DNA from: Muribaculum sp.
GTDB taxonomy: Bacteria > Bacteroidota > Bacteroidia > Bacteroidales > Muribaculaceae
Assembly (NCBI RefSeq): GCF_029051885.1
Contig: NZ_JAIDKI010000037.1
Span: 2,456 to 66,455, forward strand
Direction of reading: 5' to 3'
Length of the DNA: 64,000 bases
Below are positions 26,674-39,917 of this stretch, one piece after another. Under the pieces are notes generated by a model. That model ran no database searches. It was not told the origin of the DNA and saw nothing but the letters and a program-made list of their open reading frames with translations. Within the stretch, counting starts at the first letter, position 1; each line of letters begins with the position of its first letter. The position numbers were made by a program, and so were the translations under genes.

Positions 26674-27616
26674 CAACAATACACGCCGATTGTCGGCCCG
26701 TAAGTGGGACGAACTGCTCGACCGGTACTTCTCGAGCGTGATTCTCCCCAAGGTCGACACCGAAAGGGTGATGACGCTGACGCGCCTGAAGATACTTCAT
26801 GAGCGCATGTCGCGCTCACGGCGTATGTGGCGCATCATATCGCTGTGCTCCGTGGCTGCATGCCTCGCTGTCGTGGTCGCCATGACCATGGTATACAGGC
26901 ATGACACCGGCGCCGCCACCTCATCGGCCCTACTCGCCGGGGGCGCCTCGGCCGACGGCGCAACCACCAACGGGTACAACGAAATATCCGTGCCGGCCGG
27001 ACAGCGCATGACACTGATGCTTGCCGACGGGACCAGACTGACGGCCAACTCACGCTCACAGGTGAAATATCCGTCGCGGTTTGACGGCGACACACGCCAC
27101 ATATGGGCCTCCGGCGAGGTATACCTCGAAGTTGCCAAGGATGCCGACCGCCCGTTTGTAATGTCGGGCGACGGATTTGAAGTGACAGTACTCGGCACCA
27201 CCTTCTGCATCAGCAGCTACCACCCCGGGCAAGCGAGCATAGTGCTTGTAGATGGCAGCGTGGCCGTGACCACCGACACCGACGAGTGCATACGCATGCG
27301 CCCCAATCAGAAAGTGGATATATCAGAAGGCACCATAGAGGGAATATCGTATGTCGACACATCATTCTACACATGCTGGACCAAGGGCGCCATAATGCTC
27401 AAGGACCAGACACTCGGCCAGGTGGCCGAGCGGCTAAGCATGTACTATGACGTGGATATCGAGACCGATCCCGCCCTTTACAACCGCCGGCTGTACGGCT
27501 ACCTCGACCTCAAGGAGGATATCGGGGAGGTGCTGTCGGTACTCTGCTCCACCATATCGATGGATGCCGACACGACGAGCGACAACAGCCGCCACTACCG
27601 CCTTATTCCCAGATAG
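26657..27616 (+). CDS. FecR-family anti-sigma factor (transmembrane sensor)
   Basis: 319 aa with a single TM helix WRIISLCSVAACLAVVVAMTMVY. FecR domain (AGQRMTLMLADGTRLTANSRSQVKYP...FEVTVLGTTFCIS). Confidence 0.9.
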   Translation: MNSKDDNNTRRLSARKWDELLDRYFSSVILPKVDTERVMTLTRLKILHERMSRSRRMWRIISLCSVAACLAVVVAMTMVYRHDTGAATSSALLAGGASADGATTNGYNEISVPAGQRMTLMLADGTRLTANSRSQVKYPSRFDGDTRHIWASGEVYLEVAKDADRPFVMSGDGFEVTVLGTTFCISSYHPGQASIVLVDGSVAVTTDTDECIRMRPNQKVDISEGTIEGISYVDTSFYTCWTKGAIMLKDQTLGQVAERLSMYYDVDIETDPALYNRRLYGYLDLKEDIGEVLSVLCSTISMDADTTSDNSRHYRLIPR

Positions 27617-27679
27617 CCACTCTCCCTCCCTGCTACAGACAACTTTAACCATAATAATAATTAACCAATCAAACTAATC

Positions 27680-30600
27680 ATGAGACATAACTTCCAAAGA
27701 GCAATGTGCACAGGCATGCTGTGGCTCTGCGGGGCGATGGTAGCTCCCACGCTTGCCGTGGCAGCCGACGCATCCGCCACACAGGCTCAGGCAGGTACAT
27801 CCTCTGTGAAGCAGAACAACAAGTCAGTAAGCGACGTGCTCAAGTATATCGAGAAGCACAGCGACTACATGTTTGTGTATGCCGAAGGCGCCAACCGCCA
27901 GCTTGACAAGCGTATCAGCATCGACCTTTCAGGCAAGAACGTCGACGCCATTCTGGCCGATATGTGTGCCAAGGCAAAACTTGATTATCGCATTTTCGGA
28001 CGCCAGGTGACACTCTTCCCCAAGGGAAAGATGCCAAAAAACCTGGAGGCCACCACCATGGTCAGAGGTACGGTAGTAGATAACTCGGGCGAACCGCTCG
28101 TAGGTGCTGCCGTAGTGGTAAAGGGCGCCGGCGAAGGCACAATGACCGACCTTGACGGAAATTTCATGCTCCCTGCAAGCAAAGGCCAGCAGCTGGAGAT
28201 ATCTTATGTAGGATTCGCCACCAAGGATGTGACCGTAGGCGACGGACCTATGGAAATCAAGATGTCGGAGAGCACCAACAATCTCGACGAAGTGGTGGTA
28301 GTAGGCTACGGCACCATGAAGAAGAAGGACCTCACCGGCGGCCTCACGGTAGTCGGAGAGGAGACTCTCAAAATGTCGGGCTCTGCCAACCTTATGGACC
28401 GTCTCGTAGGCCAGGTGGCCGGCTTCTCAATCACCTCGAGCGAGGCAAAACCGGGCAGCGACCAGGGCCTTCTCATCCGCGGTACCAACTCTCTGTCGGG
28501 CGGCAACTCACCTCTCGTCATACTTGACGGCATACCCTATGAAGGCTCACTCGGCGATATCGACCCCAATCTTGTAGAGTCGCTTACCGTACTTAAGGAC
28601 GCCTCATCGGTGGCCATCTACGGTTCGCGTGGCTCCAACGGTGTAATCCTCATACAGACCAAAAAAGGCTCGAAGAGCAATGCGAAAGTAGTCTACAAAG
28701 GCACGTTCGCAGTGGCATCGGAGATGCAGCGCATCGAGACCATGGGCCCCAACGAATACATCCAGTTCAAGCAGGATATGGGACGCCTTGGTACCAAGAA
28801 ACTCACAGGCATAGACCTCGATCCGCTCTATGGTCAGGTAATCAGCGCCAGCGAACGTATCAACTACGCCCAGGGAATCACCCGCGACTGGCAGGACGAC
28901 GTGTTCCGCACCTCCTTCCAGCACGACCATCAGCTCTCCATTTCGGGCGGCACCGACGCCACCTCCTACATGGCCGCAGTATCATACCTCGACCAGCCCG
29001 GCGTAGTAGTCAACTCCAACTACGAGCGTATCAACGTATACACCTCAATCCAGCAGGTGCTCAACAAGTGGCTCACCATCGGACTCACCGGCCAGTTTGT
29101 CAACCGCGAGACCGGCGGCATAACTCCCAACCTCGAGCACGCCATCAAGCAGGCTCCTTACGGTATATTCATGGCCGACGACGGCAACTACTACGACGAG
29201 CCGATGGACTACTCCAACCTCCCCCACCCCATGCGCAACGTAAGGGCCGACAACAAGAACACCAGCCGCAACGTGCTCTACAACGGATTCATCGAAATCG
29301 CGCCTGTAAAGGGTCTGACACTCAAATCGCAGTATGGCTACAACTACCGCGATAACTATACCGGCACATACTATGGCCGCAACACTGCCGAAGGTCAGAA
29401 AGCCGAAGGCAAAGGCTCGGTAAGCACCTCGCGCACCGTCGACTGGACCTGGGAAAACATCGTCAAGTATGACAACACATTCGGCAAACACCACATCGAC
29501 CTCACTGCCCTCTACTCCATGCAGGAGAAAAATAACAAAGGAACATCGGGCAGCGCCGAAAGTTTCATCAACGACGACATGAGTTTCTACTCTCTCGGCA
29601 ACGGCGAGAAGAACATCAAGACCGGCTCAAGTTTCTGGAAAGAAACAATGATGTCGATGATGGGACGTATCAACTACATGTTCGACAACAAGTATATGGT
29701 TACCCTCACCGGTCGTCGCGACGGTGCATCGGTATTCGGACGCAACAACAAATATGCATTCTTCCCCTCGGCCGCCCTTGCATGGCATATCGGCAACGAA
29801 TCGTTCCTGCGCGACAATGCCCACTGGCTCGACATGCTAAAGCTCCGCGTATCATACGGTGCCAATGGTAACAACGCTATATCGCGCTACACCACTCTCG
29901 ACCGTCTCTATACCGACGCCGGTATAAAATACATCTGGGGTGACGGCTCTTCGGCTGTCAACGCCACCTTCCTACCTACCTCCGACGGCGTGGGCAACCC
30001 CAACCTTAAGTGGGAGACCACCTATACCGCCAACATCGGTATCGACTACTCATTCTTCAACGGCCGCATCAACGGTAGCATCGACGTATACCACTCTCGC
30101 ACCAAGGACCTTCTGATGAAGCGCACCGTGCCCATCATGAACGGCTACAAAAACATCATGGACAACATCGGCAAGACCGAAAACCGTGGTATCGAGGCAA
30201 CCCTCAACACCATCAACATCCAGAACCGTGATTTCCAGTGGCGTACAAGCGTCAGCTTCTTCCTCAACCGCGACAAGATTGTAGAGCTGCGCGGCGATGG
30301 CAAGGACGACATCAACAACAAATGGTTTATCGGCAAGCCCCTTTCGGTATTCTACGACTTCAATGTAATCGGCATATGGCAGGAGGGTGACGAATTCACC
30401 TACACCGACGCCGCAGGCAACACAGTGACCCGCCAGAAAGGCGCACAGCCCGGCGACGCCAAGCTCGAGGATGTCAACGGCGACGGCGTAATCACCGACG
30501 ACGACAAGAAGGTAATCGGCAGCAAGCGTCCGTCATTCACTCTGTCGATGTCCAACCAGTTTAACTACAAGCAGTTCTACGCATCATTCATGCTCTACGG

Positions 30601-30985
30601 TTCATTCGGCCGCTGGATGTCGGACAACATTCCCGATATCGCACAGTATACTTTCGGTACAGCCAACTATATCCACGGCGTGAAGTACTGGACTCCCGAG
30701 CATCCCGAAAACACCGACGCTCCATCGCCCGGCTATGTGAAGACCTTCAGCCACGGCTACTACAAGAAGCAGAACTACGTGCAAATCAAAAACATCACCA
30801 TCGGCTACTCGTTCCTCAAGGAAGATGTGAAGAAATTCGGTCTTTCGGGCCTCGACATCAACGTTGGCGTAGACAACCTCCATGTCTTCTCCAACATGCG
30901 CCAGCTGCTGAACTACGACAACACCTGGTTTGCCTCCTACCCGATGCAGCGCGCATGGCGCCTCGGACTTACCGTAACATTCTAA
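27680..30985 (+). CDS. SusC/RagA-family TonB-dependent transporter with N-terminal STN signalling domain
   Basis: 1101 aa. STN-like segment (SVSDVLKYIEKHSDYMFVYAEG...RISIDLSGKNVDAILADM). CarboxypepD_reg-like segment (VRGTVVDNSGEPLVGAAVVVKGAGEGTMTDLDGNF). TonB box/plug (DEVVVVGYGTMKKKDLTG). C-terminal aromatic residue (LTVTF). Confidence 0.95.
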   Translation: MRHNFQRAMCTGMLWLCGAMVAPTLAVAADASATQAQAGTSSVKQNNKSVSDVLKYIEKHSDYMFVYAEGANRQLDKRISIDLSGKNVDAILADMCAKAKLDYRIFGRQVTLFPKGKMPKNLEATTMVRGTVVDNSGEPLVGAAVVVKGAGEGTMTDLDGNFMLPASKGQQLEISYVGFATKDVTVGDGPMEIKMSESTNNLDEVVVVGYGTMKKKDLTGGLTVVGEETLKMSGSANLMDRLVGQVAGFSITSSEAKPGSDQGLLIRGTNSLSGGNSPLVILDGIPYEGSLGDIDPNLVESLTVLKDASSVAIYGSRGSNGVILIQTKKGSKSNAKVVYKGTFAVASEMQRIETMGPNEYIQFKQDMGRLGTKKLTGIDLDPLYGQVISASERINYAQGITRDWQDDVFRTSFQHDHQLSISGGTDATSYMAAVSYLDQPGVVVNSNYERINVYTSIQQVLNKWLTIGLTGQFVNRETGGITPNLEHAIKQAPYGIFMADDGNYYDEPMDYSNLPHPMRNVRADNKNTSRNVLYNGFIEIAPVKGLTLKSQYGYNYRDNYTGTYYGRNTAEGQKAEGKGSVSTSRTVDWTWENIVKYDNTFGKHHIDLTALYSMQEKNNKGTSGSAESFINDDMSFYSLGNGEKNIKTGSSFWKETMMSMMGRINYMFDNKYMVTLTGRRDGASVFGRNNKYAFFPSAALAWHIGNESFLRDNAHWLDMLKLRVSYGANGNNAISRYTTLDRLYTDAGIKYIWGDGSSAVNATFLPTSDGVGNPNLKWETTYTANIGIDYSFFNGRINGSIDVYHSRTKDLLMKRTVPIMNGYKNIMDNIGKTENRGIEATLNTINIQNRDFQWRTSVSFFLNRDKIVELRGDGKDDINNKWFIGKPLSVFYDFNVIGIWQEGDEFTYTDAAGNTVTRQKGAQPGDAKLEDVNGDGVITDDDKKVIGSKRPSFTLSMSNQFNYKQFYASFMLYGSFGRWMSDNIPDIAQYTFGTANYIHGVKYWTPEHPENTDAPSPGYVKTFSHGYYKKQNYVQIKNITIGYSFLKEDVKKFGLSGLDINVGVDNLHVFSNMRQLLNYDNTWFASYPMQRAWRLGLTVTF

Positions 30986-30998
30986 ACCGAATACCATC

Positions 30999-32642
30999 AT
31001 GAACAATATACTTAAATATACATCAGTCATAGCCCTTGCAATGGCTGCTACAAGCTGCTCAGACTTCCTTGACGAAGAGCTCAAGAGCCAGCTCTCTCCC
31101 GACAACACCTATACCAGCACGCTCGGTTTTGAGGCAGGCAGTGCAGGTCTCTACTCACTTGCCCGCTCGGAGTACAACACCTGGGGCGAAAAGGGTGCCT
31201 TCATGCACAACGGTGCATGCGCATATGCCGTGCAGCAGATTGCTACCGACATCGTGTTCCAGAGCGGCGCCAAGGACGGTTCGCTGACCCACTACGCCAA
31301 CCTTACGATGACTCCCTCGACTCTGTTTATAGAGTCGTACTGGAACTGGTCGTACTCGATTATCAATGCGGCTAATGAAATTCTCATCTACGCCAATAAA
31401 AATACCAACTGGTCGTATCCGACCGACAAGGCCCATTATCAGGCCGAGGCCCGATTCTTCCGCGCTTATGGCTACCGCTCGCTCCAGTATCTCTACGGCG
31501 ATGCTCCATGGGTAGAGACTATCCAGCAGCCTTTCGTGCTCAACTTCACCCGTACTCCGAGAGCAGAGCTTCTGTCGCATATGGTCGACGACCTCAAATT
31601 TGCCGCTGAAAATCTGCCTTCAAATCCCGACGCCGTAAAGCCCGGCAAACTCACAAAGTGGGCAGCACTCCATCTGCTCGCCGAGGTATACCTCTGCCAG
31701 AAGGATTACGAGAATGCCCGCAAGGCAGCCCAGCAGGTAATCGACAGCGGCTACTTCTCGCTGATGAAAGAGCGATTCGGTGCCGAAAAGGCTAAAGCCG
31801 GCGACTATTTCCACGACCTCTTTGTAGAAAACAACCAGAACCGCACCAGCGGCAACCTGGAGAGTATCTGGGTAATGCAGTTTGAGTACAAGACCATCGG
31901 CGGCGGCACTCCCTCCGACGACTGGACCCGCCGCGAATGGCTGCCACAGTACCACCAGCTCGGCTCATTCTTCAAAATCTGCTCTGAATACGGAGGCCGC
32001 GGCCTGGCACAGATTGCCCCGTTCAAGTGGTGGATCGGCACTAAGAACACAAACGCCACTCCCGAGGCCGGCAATGTGCCCGACGGCATATTCGAGGATA
32101 CCGACATCCGCAACTCTGAGTACAACTTCAAGCGCGAATGGATTGCCAACCAAGAGTCAACAAAGGGTCAGCGAGTACATATCACCGACAAGTACTGGCA
32201 GGACGGCTGGCTGTTCCCCGCGCCTACCAAGTTCTTCTTCGCTCACGACGATGACCTGACCCACACCGGCAGCTACCGCGACCGCATGAAGTTCCGCCTG
32301 TCGGAAACCTATCTGCTGCTTGCCGAAGCCTACCTCGGCCTCAACGACGCAGATAATGCCGCCAAGGCCGTCAATGTAGTGCGCAACCGCGCCAAGGCAT
32401 CGTCGGTAAGCGCCGCACAGATGGATATGGACTTCCTGCTCGACGAGCGCATCCGCGAGCTCGTAGGCGAGGAGAGCCGCCGCTTCACTCTGGTGCGCAC
32501 AGGCAAGTATGTAGACCGTGTGCGCAAGTACAACGAAGTGCTGCGCAACACCGTCGATGAACATCATGCTCTGTGGCCCGTGCCCAAGACCATCATCGAC
32601 GCCAACCGCGACATCGAGTTCCCGCAGAACCCCGGCTATTAA
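30999..32642 (+). CDS. SusD/RagB-family nutrient-binding outer-membrane lipoprotein
   Basis: 547 aa with lipoprotein box LAMAATSCSDF. Starts 13 nt after SusC. SusD-like features include RFFRAYGYRSLQYLYG and the C-terminal FPQNPGY. Confidence 0.9.
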   Translation: MNNILKYTSVIALAMAATSCSDFLDEELKSQLSPDNTYTSTLGFEAGSAGLYSLARSEYNTWGEKGAFMHNGACAYAVQQIATDIVFQSGAKDGSLTHYANLTMTPSTLFIESYWNWSYSIINAANEILIYANKNTNWSYPTDKAHYQAEARFFRAYGYRSLQYLYGDAPWVETIQQPFVLNFTRTPRAELLSHMVDDLKFAAENLPSNPDAVKPGKLTKWAALHLLAEVYLCQKDYENARKAAQQVIDSGYFSLMKERFGAEKAKAGDYFHDLFVENNQNRTSGNLESIWVMQFEYKTIGGGTPSDDWTRREWLPQYHQLGSFFKICSEYGGRGLAQIAPFKWWIGTKNTNATPEAGNVPDGIFEDTDIRNSEYNFKREWIANQESTKGQRVHITDKYWQDGWLFPAPTKFFFAHDDDLTHTGSYRDRMKFRLSETYLLLAEAYLGLNDADNAAKAVNVVRNRAKASSVSAAQMDMDFLLDERIRELVGEESRRFTLVRTGKYVDRVRKYNEVLRNTVDEHHALWPVPKTIIDANRDIEFPQNPGY

Positions 32643-32686
32643 TCCACGCGAAAAACCAAAACAACCAACACAATAACGGATAAAAC

Positions 32687-33973
32687 ATGAAACCGATATA
32701 TTATATCAAAGCGGCCGTAATGGGCGCAGCCGTGCTCGCGGCAGCCTCGTGTACCTACGACCCGTATGACACGGACATCGACCCCACAGTGGAAACGATG
32801 ACCCTCAAATGCGAGAATCCGATGGTAGAGATTGACGAGAACAATCTTAACGCACCGGCACTCACATTCACCTGGACCGGCGCCCGCCATCTGCCCGAGG
32901 AGTATGTGCTTACCTACAAGGCCGAACTCGACGTGCTCGGCAACAGCTTCGGCTCAAAGACAGTAATCACCTCGGGCGTAGGCTTCGACTACACCTACGA
33001 CGACGCTACCGGCCTATACTCGGCCACATTCACCAACGAGCAGCTCAACAACTGGTACAAGGACCGCTGGGCTCTCCCCGCCAACAAGAACTTCACACTG
33101 GAATTCCGTGTGATGGCCCAATGGAACGGCGGCTCTGAATTTGAGGCACCCGAGGTGCGCAAGGTCAGCGCAGAGATAAAGCCCATACAGGTAATAATAT
33201 TTGACTGCGACAGGATGATGCTCGGAGGCAATGCCATAGCCGAAAGCACAGATATCAACAAGACTCTCGAAAACGAGAATATCTACGCCTGGAAGGGTGC
33301 CCTCACCGCCGGCGAGCTCCAGATACCTATCGAATTTGACGGCGTGACCTACTATCTGCGCAACACCGACGGCTCGACCGACATCACCGACGGCACCGCC
33401 ATGGCCGTGGAGATGACCGAGACCAAGAGCGCATGGAATATCCCCGCAGCCGGCGAATACCGCATCGTCATCAACATGACCGAAAAGACCGCCACCATCT
33501 ACTCGGAAGCCACCGACCTCAAGCCGCTCGTAGTGACATTCCACCCAAGCGGCGCCGAGGCCAATCCTGAAGTAAGCATCGAGGTGAGCGACCTCTATGC
33601 ATATGGAGGCGGCACAGGCTGGGGCGTGAAGACCCTCAACCTCGTGCAGTCGCTCGCCGACCCGCAGGTGTTTATCTTCGACGGCGCCAACAATGAGCTC
33701 AAGACTCTGGGCGGACAGATGAAATTCTGTATCTCCAAGAGCTTTACCGACTCCAACGGCGGCACCTGGAATCAGAACAACTCGTTCTGCTACACCTGCC
33801 CGCTGACCGCAGAAGGTAAGCGCCAGAACATCAATGCCGAACTCAACAAGGTGTTTGACCTCAACGGCGCAGCCGACGGCGAGACCCGCAACTCCTACAT
33901 GGGAGTACCTGCCGGCAGCAACTTTATCGTGTTTGACCTGCGTCACAACACATTCCTTGCATCAAAAAGATAA
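32687..33973 (+). CDS. SusE/SusF-like surface glycan-binding lipoprotein
   Basis: 428 aa with lipoprotein box AAASCTYD. N-terminal Ig-like segment (LNAPALTFTWTGARHLPEEYVLTYKAELD). Sits directly after SusD. No catalytic motifs recognised. Confidence 0.55.
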   Translation: MKPIYYIKAAVMGAAVLAAASCTYDPYDTDIDPTVETMTLKCENPMVEIDENNLNAPALTFTWTGARHLPEEYVLTYKAELDVLGNSFGSKTVITSGVGFDYTYDDATGLYSATFTNEQLNNWYKDRWALPANKNFTLEFRVMAQWNGGSEFEAPEVRKVSAEIKPIQVIIFDCDRMMLGGNAIAESTDINKTLENENIYAWKGALTAGELQIPIEFDGVTYYLRNTDGSTDITDGTAMAVEMTETKSAWNIPAAGEYRIVINMTEKTATIYSEATDLKPLVVTFHPSGAEANPEVSIEVSDLYAYGGGTGWGVKTLNLVQSLADPQVFIFDGANNELKTLGGQMKFCISKSFTDSNGGTWNQNNSFCYTCPLTAEGKRQNINAELNKVFDLNGAADGETRNSYMGVPAGSNFIVFDLRHNTFLASKR

Positions 33974-34040
33974 CAAAACTGTATACCGGCCGGATCAGTC
34001 ATGACCGACATAATCCGGCCGGTCATCACACAAATTTCTT

Positions 34041-35624
34041 ATGCAAATCAACAGAATGATATCAGCCACAATAGTAGGGGCGGCTCTGACGCTCTGCTCA
34101 TGCGGAGGCGGAGATGACGCCCAGGGCGCCGACAACTCCGGTCAGGGTGGAGGAAGCATAGCCGGCAACACCGAGCTGTCGTTTACAGCCAACACGACCG
34201 ACCTGCTGCGCAACCCTATGAACGGATGGGTGATGTATGTATCTGGCTCGGCCGACCCCTCATATTTCGACCGACAGATCTACCTGTCGGAGCTCGGCAA
34301 GAATGTCTATGTACGCGACTATGCGTCGGCCTGCTACATCCGCACCGGATGGAAATCGCTCAATCCCGCCGACGGAAAGTATGCCTGGGAGGACCCCTCG
34401 ACCCCAATCTACAAGCTCGTGGCCCGCGCCGAAGAGCTCGGACTGCCGATTGCCTTCCGTGTGGTAGTCGACGGACGTGACCAGCGGGAGAACACTCCTC
34501 AGTTTGTGTTTGACGCAGGCGCGGAGTACTGGCTCGAAAACGACCGTTATCCCGACCGCAAGACTCCGCTGGCAATGGATCCGATATGGCGCCAGTACTA
34601 TGAGAAATTCGTGCGCGCGTTTGCCCAGCGCTTCAACAACGCAGAGACCACGGCATTTATCGACGCCTATGGCCTGGGCAAGTGGGGCGAGGGCCACAAC
34701 GTGTGCTACGAACAGGACAATGCCATCACCGACAAGACCGTTGAGTACAAGGCCAATACAATGGAGTGGATCACACGCCTGTATGCCGACAACTTTACCG
34801 AGGTGCCTCTGGTAATCAACTACCACCGTCAGCTCGGCCATCCCGTGAGCTCGGGCAAGAACGCACAGCCCGACAGCGAGGCTCTGCTGGCTATAGCTAT
34901 ACGCAACGGATACTGCCTGCGCTCCGACGCCATTGGCATGAACAACGCCGAGTGGGGCTACAACTCATGGGAGAAGGCATTTGCCCGCACCTGGAACTAC
35001 AAGCTCCCCATACTGATGGAAGGCGGATGGATTGTAGGTCAGCACAGCTACTGGAACGATGACAAGAAGTACCGTAAAGACCATCCGGAGGATGTGCGCC
35101 AGGGCGAATTTGACGACTCGAAGGAGGCACGTGTCAACATGATGGACTTCCGCGTAGGCGACGAGACCGAATCATGGTTCAAGACCAGCTTCAACCTGGT
35201 GAAGCGCTTCATCGCCGAGGGTGGCTACCGCCTGTATCCCGACAAGGTGTCGCTTCCGTCGGCTATCAAAGGTGGCCAGACAGCTACTATCGGACACCGC
35301 TGGCGCAATATCGGCTGGGGCTATCTGCCCAACAATCTGCAACAGTGGAACTACAAGTACAAGGTGGCTTTCGCTCTGCTCGACAGCAACGGCGAGCCGG
35401 TACAAGTATTCGTAGACAAAGAGTGCGAGCCATCCCAATGGCAGGAGGGCAATCCGTATGACTACCGCCTCAATGTATCTCCCTCGGTAAGCGCCGGCGA
35501 ATACACCTGGGGTGTGGCCATCGTCAATACCAAAAACGACAACAAGCCGGGCATAAAACTGGCTCTGTCGAGCAAACCCGCACAGTCGGGCTGGATCGCT
35601 CTGTCGAAAGTAAGAGTAGACTAA
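34041..35624 (+). CDS. Lipoprotein with DUF4874/DUF4832-like (clan GH-A TIM-barrel-like) architecture; candidate glycosidase of unknown specificity
   Basis: 527 aa with lipoprotein box LTLCSCGG. Early NPMNGWVMY motif, then ...GLGKWGEGHN... and LMEGGW segments reminiscent of GH42/GH-A-like barrels. C-terminal beta-sandwich-like region (GGYRLYPDKVSLP...HRWRNIGWGYLPNN). The family call rests on memory of motifs only. Confidence 0.5.
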   Translation: MQINRMISATIVGAALTLCSCGGGDDAQGADNSGQGGGSIAGNTELSFTANTTDLLRNPMNGWVMYVSGSADPSYFDRQIYLSELGKNVYVRDYASACYIRTGWKSLNPADGKYAWEDPSTPIYKLVARAEELGLPIAFRVVVDGRDQRENTPQFVFDAGAEYWLENDRYPDRKTPLAMDPIWRQYYEKFVRAFAQRFNNAETTAFIDAYGLGKWGEGHNVCYEQDNAITDKTVEYKANTMEWITRLYADNFTEVPLVINYHRQLGHPVSSGKNAQPDSEALLAIAIRNGYCLRSDAIGMNNAEWGYNSWEKAFARTWNYKLPILMEGGWIVGQHSYWNDDKKYRKDHPEDVRQGEFDDSKEARVNMMDFRVGDETESWFKTSFNLVKRFIAEGGYRLYPDKVSLPSAIKGGQTATIGHRWRNIGWGYLPNNLQQWNYKYKVAFALLDSNGEPVQVFVDKECEPSQWQEGNPYDYRLNVSPSVSAGEYTWGVAIVNTKNDNKPGIKLALSSKPAQSGWIALSKVRVD

Positions 35625-35663
35625 CATACACTAACAGGCAATCTATCCATATAACCTTGATGA

Positions 35664-35699
35664 ATCTGCGTCCGGACTTTTTCGGGCGCAGATTTTTTT
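35664..35699 (+). terminator. Rho-independent terminator after the DUF4832-like gene
   Basis: ATCTGCG(T)CC / GGGCGCAGAT stem followed by T7. Confidence 0.85.
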
Positions 35700-35967
35700 G
35701 TGAGACTAACTACTTGCTCAGGTCTGATTCATGACCATATCAACAGCGACGGATTGACACAAAACAAGCAGTAAAAACCACTAAATATCATTAACAAAGG
35801 TGAATTAACCAAATAAACCATAACGAAAACGGGATAATTTTACGGCATTTCATACCAAAAAGCAGCTTAACTGCGTGAGCAACAAAGTTTTTGCCAAAAA
35901 GTTCACCTAACCTATTGATTTTAGGATTATTTGGATTTTGAATTCATTACAATCGCCAAAAAGGCCG

Positions 35968-35975
35968 TAACTTTG
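35968..35975 (+). promoter_or_regulatory. Candidate -7 box TAACTTTG inside the AT-rich gap (no credible CDS downstream)
   Basis: Exact TAnnTTTG match. A terminator lies about 200 nt downstream (36166-36201). Confidence 0.35.
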
Positions 35976-36165
35976 CATCAGCTTGTTGAAAGTGACCAGG
36001 GAATTCGGATAACACAGCTGTATAATGAAAGATTCCACACTCTTCATTCTCATATCTGCCTGACGGCTGCCGTTCCGCAGTTTCCACCTATACTTCTAAT
36101 TGTTGACAGTTGGCAACATTTTGTTAGACTACAGAGAATATATACTTGAATTTTGGTTATGAGGG

Positions 36166-36201
36166 AGTGCGCATCTGTGAAGATGTGCACTTTCATTTTT
36201 T
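36166..36201 (+). terminator. Terminator-like hairpin plus U-tract inside the AT-rich gap
   Basis: AGTGCGCATCT (36166-36176) pairs with AGATGTGCACT (36181-36191), an 11-bp stem with one G-U pair and loop GTGA, followed by TTCATTTTTT. Confidence 0.7.
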
Positions 36202-36262
36202 ATAAATACATCTATTGGCATGCCGGCATAATATCGCCGGAGAGAGCCAATCAGGCAGGTAT

Positions 36263-36294
36263 AAAAAAAAATTACTCGTCGTCACGACGAATAA
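36263..36294 (-). terminator. Minus-strand terminator-like hairpin plus U9 tract inside the AT-rich gap
   Basis: The plus strand reads A9 (36263-36271) then TTACTCGTCG-TCA-CGACGAATAA. On the minus strand this is a hairpin followed by nine U. Confidence 0.65.
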
Positions 36295-36334
36295 TCTTCT
36301 TAACCTTAAATCTAATACCATGAAAAACACGTTG

Positions 36335-36342
36335 CAAAGGTA
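36335..36342 (-). promoter_or_regulatory. Candidate minus-strand -7 box (TACCTTTG) about 40 nt upstream of the minus-strand terminator hairpin
   Basis: Plus-strand CAAAGGTA is the reverse complement of TACCTTTG and matches TAnnTTTG. It would give a transcript of about 65 nt ending at 36263. Confidence 0.3.
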
Positions 36343-36504
36343 ATGGATTTTATGTTATACAACATAGTTTTTGGTCATAAAAATGCATTCTATTAACCTA
36401 ATTTAACAATTTACACCCTATTTTAAGCCATATTAGACCAAAATATAGCCTTACAGCCCGATTCAACATACCGATGGCAGTATGATAATATGCGATAAAA
36501 TTCG

Positions 36505-36512
36505 TATTTTTG
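36505..36512 (+). promoter_or_regulatory. Candidate -7 box TATTTTTG for the GH2/GH28 genes
   Basis: Exact TAnnTTTG match 65 nt upstream of ATG 36577. Confidence 0.5.
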
Positions 36513-36558
36513 TAATTAATTCTATATACCGTGTGCCAATCATACGTATTTACCATAA

Positions 36559-39681
<3,123 letters not shown>

Positions 39682-39719
39682 TAAAGTGTATCCCCGGACA
39701 TACACAGCCGATAACAACC

Positions 39720-39755
39720 GCAAGGGCGCCGATACTCAATGGTCGGCGCCCTTGC
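39720..39755 (+). terminator. Strong GC hairpin after lacZ without a U-tract (possible terminator or RNA-processing/stability element)
   Basis: GCAAGGGCGCCGA (39720-39732) pairs perfectly with TCGGCGCCCTTGC (39743-39755). The downstream sequence TGCATCATGC is not U-rich. Confidence 0.4.
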
Positions 39756-39917
39756 TGCATCATGCATGCAATGTCACAAGAGGGCATGACGGTCTACATT
39801 CTGTCGGAAAGGGGGTAAGATTCCGGCACTAATACACAGCAGGATTGCGTATTAACAAGCTATGACGTATATTCGCATCGAAAGTAAAAGTACACAATAC
39901 ATCATTATATCCACGCA

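Noticed and set aside
33986-34022. GC-rich hairpins without U-tracts (33986-34022 CCGGCCGGAT/ATCCGGCCGG, 55001-55038, 10096-10120), considered as a REP-like repeat family
   Set aside because: The stems share no sequence with one another, so they are not a repeat family. They are probably gene-specific mRNA 3-prime or intercistronic structures.
35931-36149. 72-aa ORF (TTG start) in the AT-rich gap of PUL 1
   Set aside because: It has a non-ATG start and no internal Met. The only promoter motif lies inside it, and it has no motifs. The region is better explained as noncoding or a small-RNA candidate.
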